Shown piece by piece: positions 9,045-20,900 of a stretch of DNA of 46,338 nt. Position 1 is the stretch's first letter; each line of letters starts with the position of its first letter. A program made the translations under genes and the position numbers. The notes below the pieces were generated by a model. That model had not been told where the DNA came from and ran no database searches. It saw only the letters and a list, made by a program, of their open reading frames with translations. The DNA comes from a virus. Its lineage: Duplodnaviria; Caudoviricetes. The stretch spans positions 1-46,338 of the IMG/VR virus record IMGVR_UViG_3300048819_000060; one strand, given 5' to 3'.

Positions 9045-11834
9045 TCATTGACGGTTGCCGGGGTGGACGGTCATGGTCGGGATCCGGTCGGCCGCCATCC
9101 CACCCGCCGGTGAGCCCGCCAACTGGCCGGCATAGCGGGACATTTGGGCCAGCGCGTTGCGCGTTGGGCCGGGCTGCTGCGACAGCCGATTGACAATCGC
9201 GTTCATCGCCTTGCTGGCAGGCACCGTGTAGGGGACCATCGCCGCCGCCGCGAGCGCCGCCGAGTGTGGTTCGATCGGCACCGCGCCAGATAGCGCGCCC
9301 AGCAGCATCCCCCGTTCCACCGTGCCGCTATCGTTCACCGACCGCGGCAGAACGTCACGCCCGGCCGCCGCGAGGTCTTGCATCATCGCATCACCGCGGG
9401 CGAACGCGGCCTTGTCCTTTGACCGGTCACGGGCAAGCACCGCACGCGACAACTGCGCGGGTGTGAACAAGCCGTCAGGCGAGGCGCCCGTCGCCGTCGC
9501 CGCGCGCTGGACGGTCTTGAACTTGGCGTAGCCTGCGTCGATCCGGTTCTTCGCCGCCTGAAGCGCGGGGTTGTGCGCCTCCATCATCCGGTCGAACGCC
9601 TTGTCGGCCTCCCGCAACGCGCGGCCGACATTCTGGCTGTAGGGATTGTCCGACTGGATCATCGGCTTGATCAGACCGTCGAGCCGGGTGCCGACGTCCT
9701 GCGCGAGATCGCCGCTGATGTGTCCGTTGGCGTCAAACCGATCGACGATCTCGTTCTGGATCGCGTAGCGGAGCCGGTTGATATACTCGGTCGGCAGTTC
9801 CGTCGGCGTCCCCTGCGCGTGGGCGCGGGTGATGATGGTGTTCAACTGGTTCATGAACGCCGGATCGCGGATGCCCCGCATGCTGGGGATGACCGAATTG
9901 TATGCGGCGCGAAACTGTTGTTCCGCCTCGCCGATAGCGTCGTGCCCGACGACCCCGTCCGGCAGTCTGGAGTTGATGTCGGCCAATGAGCGGTTGATCG
10001 CCGCCCGGTTGAAGGTCTCCAGGCTACGGTTTTGCGCCTTCCTGATCTGGCTTCCCAGAACCGGCACATTGGCCAGGATATCCTCTGCGCGCTTGGCGGT
10101 TCCGCCCTTGATCTGGCCCGGCGTGAGGATGACGCCCTCACGACCCAGCATCTTCACCGCCTCGGTCAGTTTCGGGGCGATCATGCCGCCCACGACTTCG
10201 CCGGCCTTGCCCGTAACCGCGCCAGCGGCAACGCCGCCACCAACCTGGAGCGCCTTGTCCCGCCAGAAATGATCGCCTTCCGAACCCGGTGACAAGAGGC
10301 CAGATATGCCGCCACTGAGTGCCGCCGCACGAAGCGCGTTGCCGGTGACCTTTCCCGCGACGCCTCCGGGGATCGCCATTTCGCCGACCATCTCGCCCGC
10401 GCCGGTCGCGTATGGGTGCGCCGCATGGTCCGCCTCCATCTCCTTCGTCAGACCGGCCATGCCGCCTTTGCCGTCTGCCCCTCCCCTTGCGTCCTGGACC
10501 AGCCACTCGCCGGCGCGACCAATCATGCCGCGCTGCGGTGCGTCGCCGGTAACCAGATCGCTCAGCGTCCGCTTCGGCGGCGAGATCATGTCTGATGCCG
10601 CCTCCAGTCCTTTGCCGACCAGCTCCTGGCCGCCCAGCACCGTGCGGCCGAAGCCCTCCGCCGCGCCCTTGATCCCCGACATAATCGCGCCGTCCGGTTC
10701 AGGCTTTTTGTCCCACCAGTTGCCCGCTGATTTGGCTTCTGCTTCAGCAGGGGCTGGCGTGCCGGAAGGCTTTTTATCCCACCAATTGCCGCCACTCGGC
10801 TCCGCCGCCTCGCGCGAGGAGCGCGGTTCTGCCGCGACGGCAGAGGGGATCAGCGTGCCCATCGCCCGGGAGAACAGCGAGCGCGGCGCATCTTTCGCCT
10901 TCTGGAAATCATACGGCAGCACCGTGCCCGACAGACCCTGGATCTCCGTCGGCTCCGCCTTGCCGCCGCCATCGCGCGAAAGCGCGCCTTCCGGCACGAC
11001 GCTCGACCGCGCGCCTTCCGGCCCGACGTTGCGGATCGCCACCGGGATAGCCTCGATCCCCTCGTCCTGTGCCATCAGCGCGCGGTGGCGCCCGTCCTGG
11101 TCGGTGACCGTGCCGGTGTTGCCCTTCACCCGCATATCCAGCGTCGGGATCGCCTCGACCTCGTCGCCGCGGTCGAGCGAGTTCTTCAGCGATTTCCCGC
11201 TGGCGCTGGTGCGGGGCTCGGCCTCGAAGTCGGGCGCGAGATCGAGGTAATCGCGCGGGCTCATGTAAACGAGGTCGGTGTTCTTCCGCCCCTTGTGCTC
11301 GCCCAGCGCATAGTCGCTGAACCGGTAGCGGTCGCTGTCCAGCTTCGGCTTGTTCGCCCACAGGACCGAGGCCGGCCGCTCGAACACCCGCTTGAAACTG
11401 TCCTCCGCCTCCGCCGGGTCATCGGCGCGCTTCAGTTGCGCCAGCAACGTCGGATAGCTCTTCTTCATTTCGCCGGCGGCGAACCGCACCTGGGTCACCG
11501 GATCCTGCCAGTCCGTGCCGGCGCTCTTGGCAAACGCCTTGAGGTCGGCAAAACGGGTGTTGTGGTGCTGGAACATGCCGCCCGACGTACCGCCGTCACC
11601 GATGATCTTGGAATCGCCACCGCTCTCGCGCATGACGTTGCGCACCACGCCCTCGGTGCCGGCGGCCGACAGCCCGGGCATTTCCTGCTTGATGAGAGCG
11701 GAGATCTGGTCGCGGCTGAGTTTCGCCCCCTTAGCGATCGGCTTGCCTTCGCCGTCAGCCTTGTCGCCCGGTTTGACGGTGATGGTTGGGATGGTGTCGT
11801 CTGAAGGACGCTCTGTTCGAGCAATGTCGGGCAT
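9045..11834 (-). CDS. Internal virion/ejection protein with phage lysozyme-like and ParB/Srx-like domains (929 aa)
   Basis: GVVRNVMRESGG...GGMFQHHNTRFADLKAFA...WQDPVTQVRF..GEM (tail lysozyme-2 pattern); YMSPRDYL...DQDGRHRALMAQDEGIEAIPV (ParB-like); then a Gly/Ala-rich helical ejection-protein region. Confidence 0.78.
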   Translation of the reverse strand: MPDIARTERPSDDTIPTITVKPGDKADGEGKPIAKGAKLSRDQISALIKQEMPGLSAAGTEGVVRNVMRESGGDSKIIGDGGTSGGMFQHHNTRFADLKAFAKSAGTDWQDPVTQVRFAAGEMKKSYPTLLAQLKRADDPAEAEDSFKRVFERPASVLWANKPKLDSDRYRFSDYALGEHKGRKNTDLVYMSPRDYLDLAPDFEAEPRTSASGKSLKNSLDRGDEVEAIPTLDMRVKGNTGTVTDQDGRHRALMAQDEGIEAIPVAIRNVGPEGARSSVVPEGALSRDGGGKAEPTEIQGLSGTVLPYDFQKAKDAPRSLFSRAMGTLIPSAVAAEPRSSREAAEPSGGNWWDKKPSGTPAPAEAEAKSAGNWWDKKPEPDGAIMSGIKGAAEGFGRTVLGGQELVGKGLEAASDMISPPKRTLSDLVTGDAPQRGMIGRAGEWLVQDARGGADGKGGMAGLTKEMEADHAAHPYATGAGEMVGEMAIPGGVAGKVTGNALRAAALSGGISGLLSPGSEGDHFWRDKALQVGGGVAAGAVTGKAGEVVGGMIAPKLTEAVKMLGREGVILTPGQIKGGTAKRAEDILANVPVLGSQIRKAQNRSLETFNRAAINRSLADINSRLPDGVVGHDAIGEAEQQFRAAYNSVIPSMRGIRDPAFMNQLNTIITRAHAQGTPTELPTEYINRLRYAIQNEIVDRFDANGHISGDLAQDVGTRLDGLIKPMIQSDNPYSQNVGRALREADKAFDRMMEAHNPALQAAKNRIDAGYAKFKTVQRAATATGASPDGLFTPAQLSRAVLARDRSKDKAAFARGDAMMQDLAAAGRDVLPRSVNDSGTVERGMLLGALSGAVPIEPHSAALAAAAMVPYTVPASKAMNAIVNRLSQQPGPTRNALAQMSRYAGQLAGSPAGGMAADRIPTMTVHPGNRQ

Positions 11835-11867
11835 CGGTCATTCACCGGGCGAATGCACGCCTTTCGG

Positions 11868-11920
11868 CGTGACGGGCGGGCGGGTGTTGATGATGCCCGG
11901 CAAGTCCGCGCCGGTGCGGT
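11868..11920 (-). promoter_or_regulatory. Conserved late-gene leader motif, copy A
   Basis: Minus strand accgcaccggcgcggacttgccgggcatc...tcacg upstream of the 929 aa gene; recurs at 27542-27584 and 40198-40231. Confidence 0.6.
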
Positions 11921-11939
11921 AGGCGAACGGTCTAGCAGG

Positions 11940-14900
11940 TCAGGACATGCGCGCCAATGCGTTCGTGCTGGGAGGCGTGCGAGGCGGCGGCATCAGGCGG
12001 GCGAGGGCGTTGCTGCCTTCGTCTACGCTGCCGGCTTCTTCGCGGAGACCGCCGCCGCCCGTTTCGCCACCGCTTCCCTTGGGTCCGGCTTTGCCAGATA
12101 TCCCCGCACCTTCTCCATCGCCGCCTGAACCTGACCGTGTGGATCGTGGTCCTTGATCTTCTCGCACTCCTCCAGGAAGGCCAGCATTTCGCTCCTCGGG
12201 GCGAACGGAGACGGTGTATCGAGCATCCACATGGCCGAGTTTCCTTAATTCCCTGTGCAGCGCCATCCTGATCGGCGCGGGCAGCGGCTGACTGGATAGA
12301 TAGTCGATTATGCCATCGGCTTGAAGGAAGCGATTTGTGACATCGTACCAGAAATGGTGGCCCTCATCAGGGCTGATTTTGTCCTCATCGACCAGCCATT
12401 GCAGCAGCTTTTGGGTTCGCGCGTCCGCCTCGGCATATGCCTCGGTCAATGTTTTTGAGTTCTTGCGGATATTCGCGGGGGTGCGCGTTCTCAGCGCAAG
12501 CCCCGCCCCTGGCCAAACCCGCGTAAAGTTGCCGTCGTGCCCATGCGCGACCACCGCTCTGATGCCGGGGTTGGCCAATATCCGAATATCCTCGGGAGAT
12601 ATCGCAGTGCTGCGCGGGTGATTGTGATGGATCGTGTAGGCGTCGCGCTCAGTCGGCGTGCTTACGAAGTCGAGCCACAGGTTCCCAACGAGTCCGTTCG
12701 TCCCGGCGTGCACGATCGCACCGGTTCGATTGTCCACCACAGCGATATGCTCAGCGCCGGTCGCCAGGCCACGTTCCACGACCCATGCCGCCGCGGCGTG
12801 TCCCGCTTCCGGGGCGAGGTGCAGCAGATCACGGAACCCGGGGCCGCCGCCACCGACCCAACGCGAGACCTGCGGCGCCGATGCTGGCCGAGGCGTGGTG
12901 GTAGGCGTCGCGCCAACGGCGCGCTCCCCGCGCGACATCCCGCTTTTTGCCGCCTTATTTTGCGTTATCCCGCGCTTGCGCTCGAACAGCGCCATGCCCT
13001 GCGTCTGCACCGCGTCGCGCATGGGCTCGGTGATGTCAAACTGGTGGACCGGCGCAGTCTGCTCCCCGTGACCCTGCTGCACGCGCAACGTATCAACGGG
13101 GACGCCAAGACTAGCCGCGACACTAGGCAGGGCGGCCTCGGCCCTCTCGCGAGTGGCGATCGTCGCGTAGTTCTCGCGACCATCCGCCGAAACGATGTCG
13201 TAGAACGGGGCGGCCGTGCGGACGTCGCCCTTGCCGACCCTGGCGCCGAACTTGCCGATGATCTTGTTCGTCTCTTTCGGCAGGATGTCGTCGTAGAAGC
13301 CCTTCATGCCCTCGCCGCCCAGCTTCAGATCGAGGCCGGTGTATTTTTTGAGGCCATCGGACTGCGCGGCGATCTTCTCGGCCAGTTCCTTGCCTATGGT
13401 GTCGGGCAGTTCCTTTTCTGGCACGGTTTTATCGAACAGGCGGTCGTTGTTCTTGAATGCCTCAACGCGATAGTTGCCTGAACCGTCAAGCAAGCGGGTT
13501 GCCATGACCGCATCGACCTGCCGCGCGAGGCTGTAGCGGTCCGCATGCACGCTTCCAGGCGACCACGCGACCCGGTCAAACCCGTTATCAACGGCGAACT
13601 TGATCATCCGGCGCATGATCAGCATCGGCCAGGAGGTCTTGAACGGCATCGGCGGAACGCCGTTATCCCTGGCCTCCTTGGCGCGGGCGAGTTCGCTATA
13701 CAAAGCGCCTTCGCGCACGGCCAGATCCGGGTGCCGACCATACGCCCGCTGCACATCCCCCTCATAACCGAAGTCGATGCCGGGCTCCCGCCGATCCAGT
13801 TCTTCGCGGTTCTGGTCGATCAACTCCTGGATGCGCCGGACCTCGTTCGCCGCGTCGGGGGATTTGTAGCCCTGCTTGCGGCCCGCCTGCCCCCAATCAC
13901 TCTGCACCTCCTGGACCATCAGCACCCGCGCCCCGTCGGGTGCTGTGCGCTCGTCAAAGCGGACATGCGCCATGACGTTCGGCTCGTTCCAGTGGCCGGA
14001 TTTGAACGTGGCCGGGTTATCAGCCGCGTCCCTCAGACCGTAGTCGAAACGCTGGCCGCGCTGAGCCGCATAGGCTTTTGCTTCCGCCTCGGTGTCGAAC
14101 GACGCGACAGCGAACCCGTCATGGGGATCAAACACTTCCCACGCGCCAGTCTTCGGCGGCAGCGTCAGCAGCATCTCGCGGTATTTGTCCGTGGTCTGGA
14201 ACGGCTTCAGCCAGCTTCCGAACTTCGTCGGCTTGGCGGCCTTTGCCTCCGCCTTCGCCGAGTCCAATTGCGCCTCGGCGGTCTTGGCATGGTCGGCGGC
14301 GCGCTTGTAGGCCGCAGCGGCGTCAGGCAGCCCCGCCCCATAACGGTCGGGCAGGTCGAGCGGCTTCAGAACGCCGTCTTCCAGCCCGGCGGTCACGTCT
14401 TCAATGTAGAGCCGATCGCCGTTCATCTCGACCGCATAACGGTAGTAGCGGTTTAAGATGTTGTCGATGGCGCCGCGCGCGACGTTGCGAGCCTGCCATG
14501 CCTCGGACAGTGCCATTTCCGCCGCATTGACCGCACCCTGGAAATCGCCCAGCGTCACCTCGCGCACATCGAGCGAGTTCGCCCGCACATAGTCCTGGAT
14601 CTGCTCGCGCGTGACCGACTTCTGGCCCTTCAGCCAGTCGGGCAGGCCCATCCACTCCATCTCTTCCGGCTTCACCCCAGGCGTCCTGGCGATCATCGAC
14701 AGCATCTGCTCGCCGGTGCCCTTGGCCTGCTTCAGCCCGTCGGCCGCACGCTGCACCGCGCTGTAGAGCGGCACTGGGCTGCTTTCGGCCAGGCCGCCGG
14801 CGGGTAGGCCGCGAACGTCGCGTTCGCCCTCGTCGGTGGTCCATTCCAGGCCGGGCGTGGGAGTGAACCCGGATGCCGCGACCGCGCTCTCTATTGGCGG

Positions 14901-17900
14901 CGGCGGCGCCCGACCGTTTTTGGCAGCTTCGACCGCCGCGGCCTCGGCCTTCAGCGTCGCTTCCAGTTGCCGGATTTCGTTCGCCAACCGGGCGATCTCC
15001 GGGCCGCCATCGAATGCCTTGCCGATGTTCGGCGCAATCGCCTGCGCGTCGCGGGTGGCTTCGGCGCCCTTTTGTATCGCTTCGGCGCGGTCGCTCTCAA
15101 AGCTGCGCAGCTTGTATTCAGCCGACGCCACCACGCCCGGCCGCGACAGCCAAGACACACGCCCGCCGGACAGACCCAACTGGATCACGTGCTCGCCGTT
15201 CTTGCCATACAGGTTCACCTGGACCGGGAACCCGCCGAACCGGCCGATGGTCGAAGTGCCGCCCACCGCCATGCTGTCGGCTCGCTCGATGGCCAGCATC
15301 GGCATCACCTCGTCGGCCTCGTCGCGGTCGGTGATCGTTTCCCCGTCGAGCGTGATGGTGAAATTCTTGCCCCGCGTGTCCTGCCGCTTGGTGATGTCCT
15401 CCGAAATCAGCCCAGCCAGCTTCTCCAGCCGGGCGGCTTCCGCCAGATGTCCCTCCATCCGCGACCGCAACGTCCACTGCTCCTGCTCGTGCGCCGACTG
15501 GCGGCGGCGGGCCTTGGCCACGTCCTCCTTCATTTGCGTCAGGGTGATGATGCGCGGGTCGGTCGTCGACATCGCCGACGCCTGCGCATACTGGCTGGCT
15601 TCGCCGATATCCTCCATGTCGCGCAGGTTCGGGTCGCCGCGGAAGAACTGTTCGATGAACCCAGCCTTGCTGGCCATCATCTTCCACATCTGCGAATCAT
15701 AGGTGCCGAACGTCGTGTAGTCGTGGATCGACACCTCGGGGTTATGGTTACCCTGGCGCAGCATGCGGCCGTTGCGCTGGTCGTCATCGGCCGGATACCA
15801 GAGCGGATCCTGGTTGTGCAGCGCGATCAGGCGGCGCTGGGCGTTGACGCCCGTGCCCATCTTCGGCACCGACCCGATCAGAATGCGGACCTTGCCCTCG
15901 TTCATGTCGTTGAACAGCGTCTGCTTGGCGAGCGTGCTTTTGTAGTCGCCGATGAAGGCCACTTCGTTGGCCGGGATGCCGGCCCGGCGGAATGCCTCCT
16001 TCATCCATTTGTAGGACGAGAACCCCGCCGGACCGCGCCCGTTGACGCCGAGGTTGGCAAAGATCATCTGCGTCGCCGGGCCGCGGAAACTCGGCGCCGT
16101 GTAATTGCTCCCCGGGCTGTAGAACTGCACGTCGCCCGTCTCGCGATAGATGCGGACGACGTTGTCGACCATCATGTTCAGCTTGGAGCGCGGATCGCTC
16201 TGGGACTGCTCGACGAAGCGCGGATCGATCGCCGCGTGCCGCCCGTCGTTGATCACCGACAGGATAATGTCGTCGCCTGGCGACGGCTTGCCCCGGCGCG
16301 CCTTGATCGCCTCCATGCGCGCGCCGAGCTGCGCCTGATAGCGGTCCAGGATGTCGGTGCGCGGCGCCATGTGCTGCTCGCGCTTGCCGCCCTTCAGCTT
16401 CGGGCGGACGACGTATTGTTCGAGTTCCTTCGATGTCACGATATCCATGATGCCGCTGACCATCTGGTACAGCTCCGGCATGTTCATGAAGCGCTGGAAC
16501 CGCGTCTGCGGCGCGTAGGTGCCGGCCGGGGTCTCTTCCAGTTCGGTCTTCATGGCGCCGAAGGTCTGTGCCCATGCGTCGAAATGCGCGACGCCGCGCT
16601 CGGCCATCGCTTTCGGCTGAAGGAAGCGGCTGAGCGAATACAGTTCGCCCATGGTGTTGGTGACTGGCGTGCCCGAGGCGAACACCGCGGCGCGGCCGGG
16701 CTTCTGCTGATCGAGATAGCGAACCTTGGTGTAGAGATCCCACGCCTGCGCCGAGCCCGCCGGGTCGATGCCTTTGACGCTCGATTGCGCCGAGGCAAAG
16801 CTGAGCTTGCGGAAGCCATGCGCCTCGTCGACGAACAGGAAATCGATGCCCATCTCCTCGAACGTCAGCGTCTCGTCCTTGTCGCCGCCGGTCGCCTTGG
16901 ACAGCTTCTCGCGCAGCTTGGCGATCTGGTTTTGCAGGCGCCCGACGGTAAAGCGGTCTTTGGTTTTCTTGATCGCGGCGAGCAGCGTCTGGATCTCTTC
17001 TTCGATCAGCGCCGCCTGGAACTCGTCGCTGATCGGGATCTTCTTGAAGCTGGAATGGGTGATGATCACCGCATCCAGGTCGTCCTGCGCGACGTTCGCC
17101 ATGAACTGCTTGCGCCGGCCGGTGTGGAACTGCTCCTCGCTCGCCACGGCGATGCGCGCCGTTGGATACTGCTCGTAGAACTCCTTGGTGAACTGGCCAA
17201 GCATGTGGTTCGGCACCACATACATTGGCTTCCTCACCAGCCCGAGCCGCTTCATCTCCATGCCGGCACCGATCATGGCACTGGTCTTCCCGGCGCCGAT
17301 GGCATGCGCCATGTAGGTGCTGCCCTCCAGGATGATCCGCGACACCACGCGCGTCTGATGTGGGCGCCAACTCCACCCCGCGGCGACGCCCGGCGTCGTC
17401 AGGTAGGCGCCGTCATGCACCCGCGGCACAGTGCGGTTCATCTTCGCGTTGTAGATGTCGGCCAGGGCGTTGGCCCGCGCCGGATCGTCCATCACCCAGC
17501 CAAGGCGGCTTTCCAGGCCGAAGAAGGCTTCCTTCATCGCCTCGATCTTGTCCGACGCCGCCTGCGTCGCGACCGTGTCAACGACACGTTCCTCCCGTGG
17601 CCCCATCATGATCTTCGGCTTGGTGCGGTTCAGCGCGTGCCCCAGCAGGTCGTAGGCGTCCTTGTCGGGCGTGCTCCACTGGTGGTAGCCGGGAAAGCGG
17701 TTGCCGCCGCCTTTCGGCTCCTCCACATTCCATGCGCCCAGTTCGGGCGAATAGATGATCCGGGGCTGGCCGATCTGAAGATGGTCGCGGGCAAAATCCA
17801 GGACCACGTTCGCCGGGATCCACGGCATGCCCAGCATCATGGTCACCTGCGACGGCGGCAGCGGGGCGGGCTGCGCCGCCTCCAGCGCGGACACGTTGCG

Positions 17901-20900
17901 CGCCATCTCGCGGTCGGTCTCGGCTGCGGCGCGGGCGACATCGAGCTTGGTCACCACGTCACCCGACAGGTATTCGCCCTTCGTCTGATAGGTCTCGCGC
18001 GTGCCAGGCACCCGGTAGATCGCATCGCCCAACCCGGCGACAACCTGTTCTGGCGCAATGCCCATCTTCTCGGCGATGGCGCCGATATCGAGCCGCCCCA
18101 GCTTGTTCATCGACCACAGCGCGCCGTCCTGCGGCGAATTGATCTGCGGCTCCTCCTCGAATTTAAGGATGCTGCGGGTGAAGATCGGCTTCTTGGCGGC
18201 GGCGCCCGTGGCGTCGTTGTAGTCCTCGATCGAACGCAGCCGGTAGCTCTCCGGGTCCGTCATGAACGGCTTGACGTTGGGCCGCCGCTCGATCACCACG
18301 TCGGCCATGTCGGCGGGATCGAACTCGCCCTCTTTGAAGCCCCGGCCGGACTCCAGTGCGGCGACCCGCGCTTTCTGCCGGGCCTCGGCAATCTCGGTCA
18401 TCGTGGCCTTCGCCGCGAACATCGCCGACGGATCGAAATCGCCTTCGTTGAAATAGTCACCGAGGTATCGGAACTCCTCGCGGGCCTCCGCCCGTGCGGT
18501 TTCCTGCTGCACGATCGACGGGCGCTTGTAGGAGAACTCCGCCTTGTTGATCGGGCCGAAGAACTTGACGAAGTTGTCGTAGTGCCGGTTGAGATCCTTG
18601 CGCGCCGCGGCACCAGCGGCTTCATCGCGCGCCAGGTCGGCGGCGAACACCGCGCGCAGCGCATCGCGGACCGGGATCAGCTTCAGCACCCGGTCACGGT
18701 CGGCCGCCGTGAAGCCGCCTTTAACCCCGGCACCGCGCGCCGCCACGGGGCGCCCGGCACCGCGGCTGTACTGCATCAGCGTGCCGTCTTCGGCGCGATA
18801 GAAGCTACCATCCTTCTTTTCCGGGGCATCGAAGTCGAGCGCGGCGCGCACATCCGGCGTCGGCTCGTCCTCCATCACCCCACGGGGCAACCGCTCCAGT
18901 GCCGCGCGCAGGTCGCTGGCGAGATCGCTGTCCGGCCGCTCGTGCACCGCGTAGCGGTCCTTGTAGAGCTTGTCGAAAAACCCCTCTTCGCCCAGCACCA
19001 TCTCGGGATGGTCGGAGAAGTAGCGACTGACCTCGCCCTCGGTCGTCGTGCCTTCAGCGTTCGGCAGGGCGCGCCGCACGGTGCCGGTCCAGTCGGGCAG
19101 CGGCGCATCGTCGGCGATTTCGATCTGTCCCGCCATGCGGCGCTTGAAGAACAGGATGTCGGTGGTGACGTCGGTCATCGCGTTCTGCCGGAACGCGCTT
19201 GACGGCAACCGCACGCCGCCCTGGAACTCCGCCCGCTCCGCCAGATACTTCTGTGCCTTGGGGTTGATCTTGTTCATCGTGCCGGCGCTGGTGACGAACG
19301 CCAGCAGGCCGCCGGGACGTACCGCGTCGATCGACTTGGCGAAGAAATAGTCGTGCAGCATGAAGCGATTGGCGGCGTATTTCGGGTCCGAGTTGATCAC
19401 CACGTCGGCGAATGGCGGGTTGCCGATGACCAGGTCGAATGCTTTCTCGGGCAGCACCCGCTTGGCGAAGTCGGCGCGCACGATGGCTGACTGCGGATAC
19501 AGCAGCTTGGCGATATCGGCCGTCAGGTGGTCCATCTCCAGGCCGCGATAGGTACTGCGTTCGGCGAGATCGGGCGGCATCATGCCGAGGAAGTGCCCGA
19601 TGCCCATGCCGGGCTCGAACACCGACCCGCCGCTAAAGCCCATATCCTCGACAGCCTGCCACATCGAGCGGACAATATGCTCGGCGGTGTAGTGGGCGTT
19701 CTGCGTCGAGGCTTCGGCGGCGCGGTATTCATCCGGGGTCAGCAGGTCTTGAAGCCGGTAGCCCAAGGTCTCCATGCCCTTGCCGAACTGGCCAGTGCTG
19801 TCGCGGAAGATGTTTTTGATCCCGCCCCAGCCGACGTACTTCACCAGCACCGCCTGCTCCGCCGTGGTGGCCGGCCGGGCTTCCTCTTTCAGCCGGTTGA
19901 CCAGTTCGATGGCGGCGATGTTGTCGCGCGCCTTGGTGACGCGGCCTCGATCTTCGGCGACGTCGCCCGGTTCTATGACGAAGTTCTGGCCCTTGACGTT
20001 CGGCCCGGCTACGCGCCCTCGCTGGTCCCGAGGGCGTCCGGTGGCTGCTGGCGGCTCTCCCGCTTCGCCTCCTCCGCCGGGAACTCGATCAGGGTCGCCC
20101 TGACTGTCTCCTCCGCTTCCCGTCTCGCCTGCATTGTCGGGTCGCCGTACTGATCCTTGGGGGCGCGTGCCAGCATTTCCGTCAGCATTCGGTGCGCCTC
20201 CAGGCTCTTGTCCTGAAGGTGCTGGTCCAGCGTCCCCGCCCGGCGCATTTCCATGAACATCCTGGGCGCCTTCTCCCGCATCGCCTGGACGTACGGTAGT
20301 TTGAACTCCATCGCTGGTCTCCTGGCCGTCGACGCTAGGCGCACCGCCCGTTAGTTGCAACGTCGGTCCGGTCTGGTCAGCCGTTTGTGTGCTGCCTGGG
20401 TCGTTGATCTCCGCCAACTGATTGAGGACGTGCTGCCGGTCGATGGCGTAGCGCGCAGGGTCGGCGTTCTTGTAGCCCTTCTGAACTGCAATGTGCCCGT
20501 TCACAAAGCGGCTGAACGAACCCAGCAAACCCATAAGCCGGTCTTTGAGGTCGGAGCCGCGCCTGCTGGGAACGCCAAATCCCCTTTCGTACAAGCGCAA
20601 TCCCATCGCGTTCAGGCGATCGACCTGGGTTTGCACGGCTTGCTGCACCTGATCGGTGAGCGCCCTGGCATCCGGGGATGCGATATCCTTGAACTGCTGC
20701 CACTGGCGAGGCGCGTCCCGGCCCTTGGTCGGCATGAACTCGTCGAGGGAGAAAGTCTCGTGCGGCAGTTCGGGCGCATTGGCGGGATCGGCCGCAGCCT
20801 TGGCGTCCGCCAGTTTCTGCCGGTTGAACTCCACTCTTTCAGGCGTGAGCTTCAGATTGACGCTGGCGCGAACCGCCTTCGCCATGCCGGGGTTGCCTAG

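Noticed and set aside
14967-19202. 1411 aa plus-strand ORF (also 20985-23585 and 10306-11250) opposite the virion genes
   Set aside because: Antisense shadows of high-GC coding sequence with no recognisable motifs, while the minus strand carries clear domains. This differs from the intein case, where the antisense ORF has the family motifs and matches the element boundaries.
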